A DNA stretch of 64,000 nt from the IMG/VR virus record IMGVR_UViG_3300008262_003210. One strand, given 5' to 3'. Under the pieces are notes generated by a model. It was not told the DNA's origin, searched no databases, and was given only the letters and a program-made list of their open reading frames with translations. The stretch's first letter is position 1. Each line of letters starts with the position of its first letter. The position numbers and the translations under genes are program-made. Origin of the DNA: a virus (taxonomy: Duplodnaviria; Caudoviricetes). Shown one piece after another: positions 63,890-64,000 of this stretch.

Positions 63890-64000
63890 ATTGAATTAAA
63901 TGAAATAACTATCCTTGGTTGCGTTCCTTGATACACGTCGGCATCGTGTAGCAACATACTAGGAAATAAAACTAAATTTCCAGGAGAACAATTAACAGTA
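63880..64000 (-). CDS. 3' end of a second 2OG-Fe(II) oxygenase-like gene (truncated by the window edge)
   Basis: Not in the ORF track; translates TVNCSPGNLVLFPSMLLHDADVYQGTQPRIVISFNSICL*, matching the PG-x-L-x-x-FPS-x-L-x-H...R-x-x-ISFN pattern. Confidence 0.8.
   Translation of the reverse strand, partial: TVNCSPGNLVLFPSMLLHDADVYQGTQPRIVISFNSICL

Noticed and set aside
1-64000. Alternative genetic code (stop-codon recoding)
   Set aside because: Genes up to 11 kb read uninterrupted in the standard code and core genes have expected lengths.

Overview
64-kb segment of a large T4-superfamily-like dsDNA myophage genome (AT-rich, standard genetic code, AGGAG Shine-Dalgarno sites). From left to right: (1) a minus-strand baseplate operon (gp48/54-like, gp53-like, hub-like, gp5-like spike, gp25, gp6, plus a large ORF running off the left edge that the ORF track misses); (2) a sigma70-type promoter driving the gp55-like late sigma, gp47/gp46 (Mre11/Rad50-like), a small Hc1-like ORF, an SGNH-like ORF and a compact GIY-YIG nuclease; (3) a 460-nt ORF-free, highly structured region directly 3' of the GIY-YIG gene, which is the best candidate for an undescribed RNA-protein system; (4) a gp26-like tail chaperone with a strong -1 frameshift signal, divergent from a tape-measure-like gene; (5) the head module (gp20, small ORF, acidic core protein, gp21, gp22, gp23, terminator); (6) about 36 kb of fibre/adhesin genes, including four paralogous beta-helix scaffold proteins (1067-3671 aa) with different inserted passenger domains and three paralogous Gly-rich adhesins; (7) convergent 2OG-Fe(II) oxygenases at the right edge. 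Eleven NNTAAATA late-promoter boxes sit upstream of structural genes, and two structured 5' leaders precede fibre genes. No tRNA, CRISPR array, integrase or reverse transcriptase was seen. All family assignments are from motif recognition and gene order by eye, not database searches.
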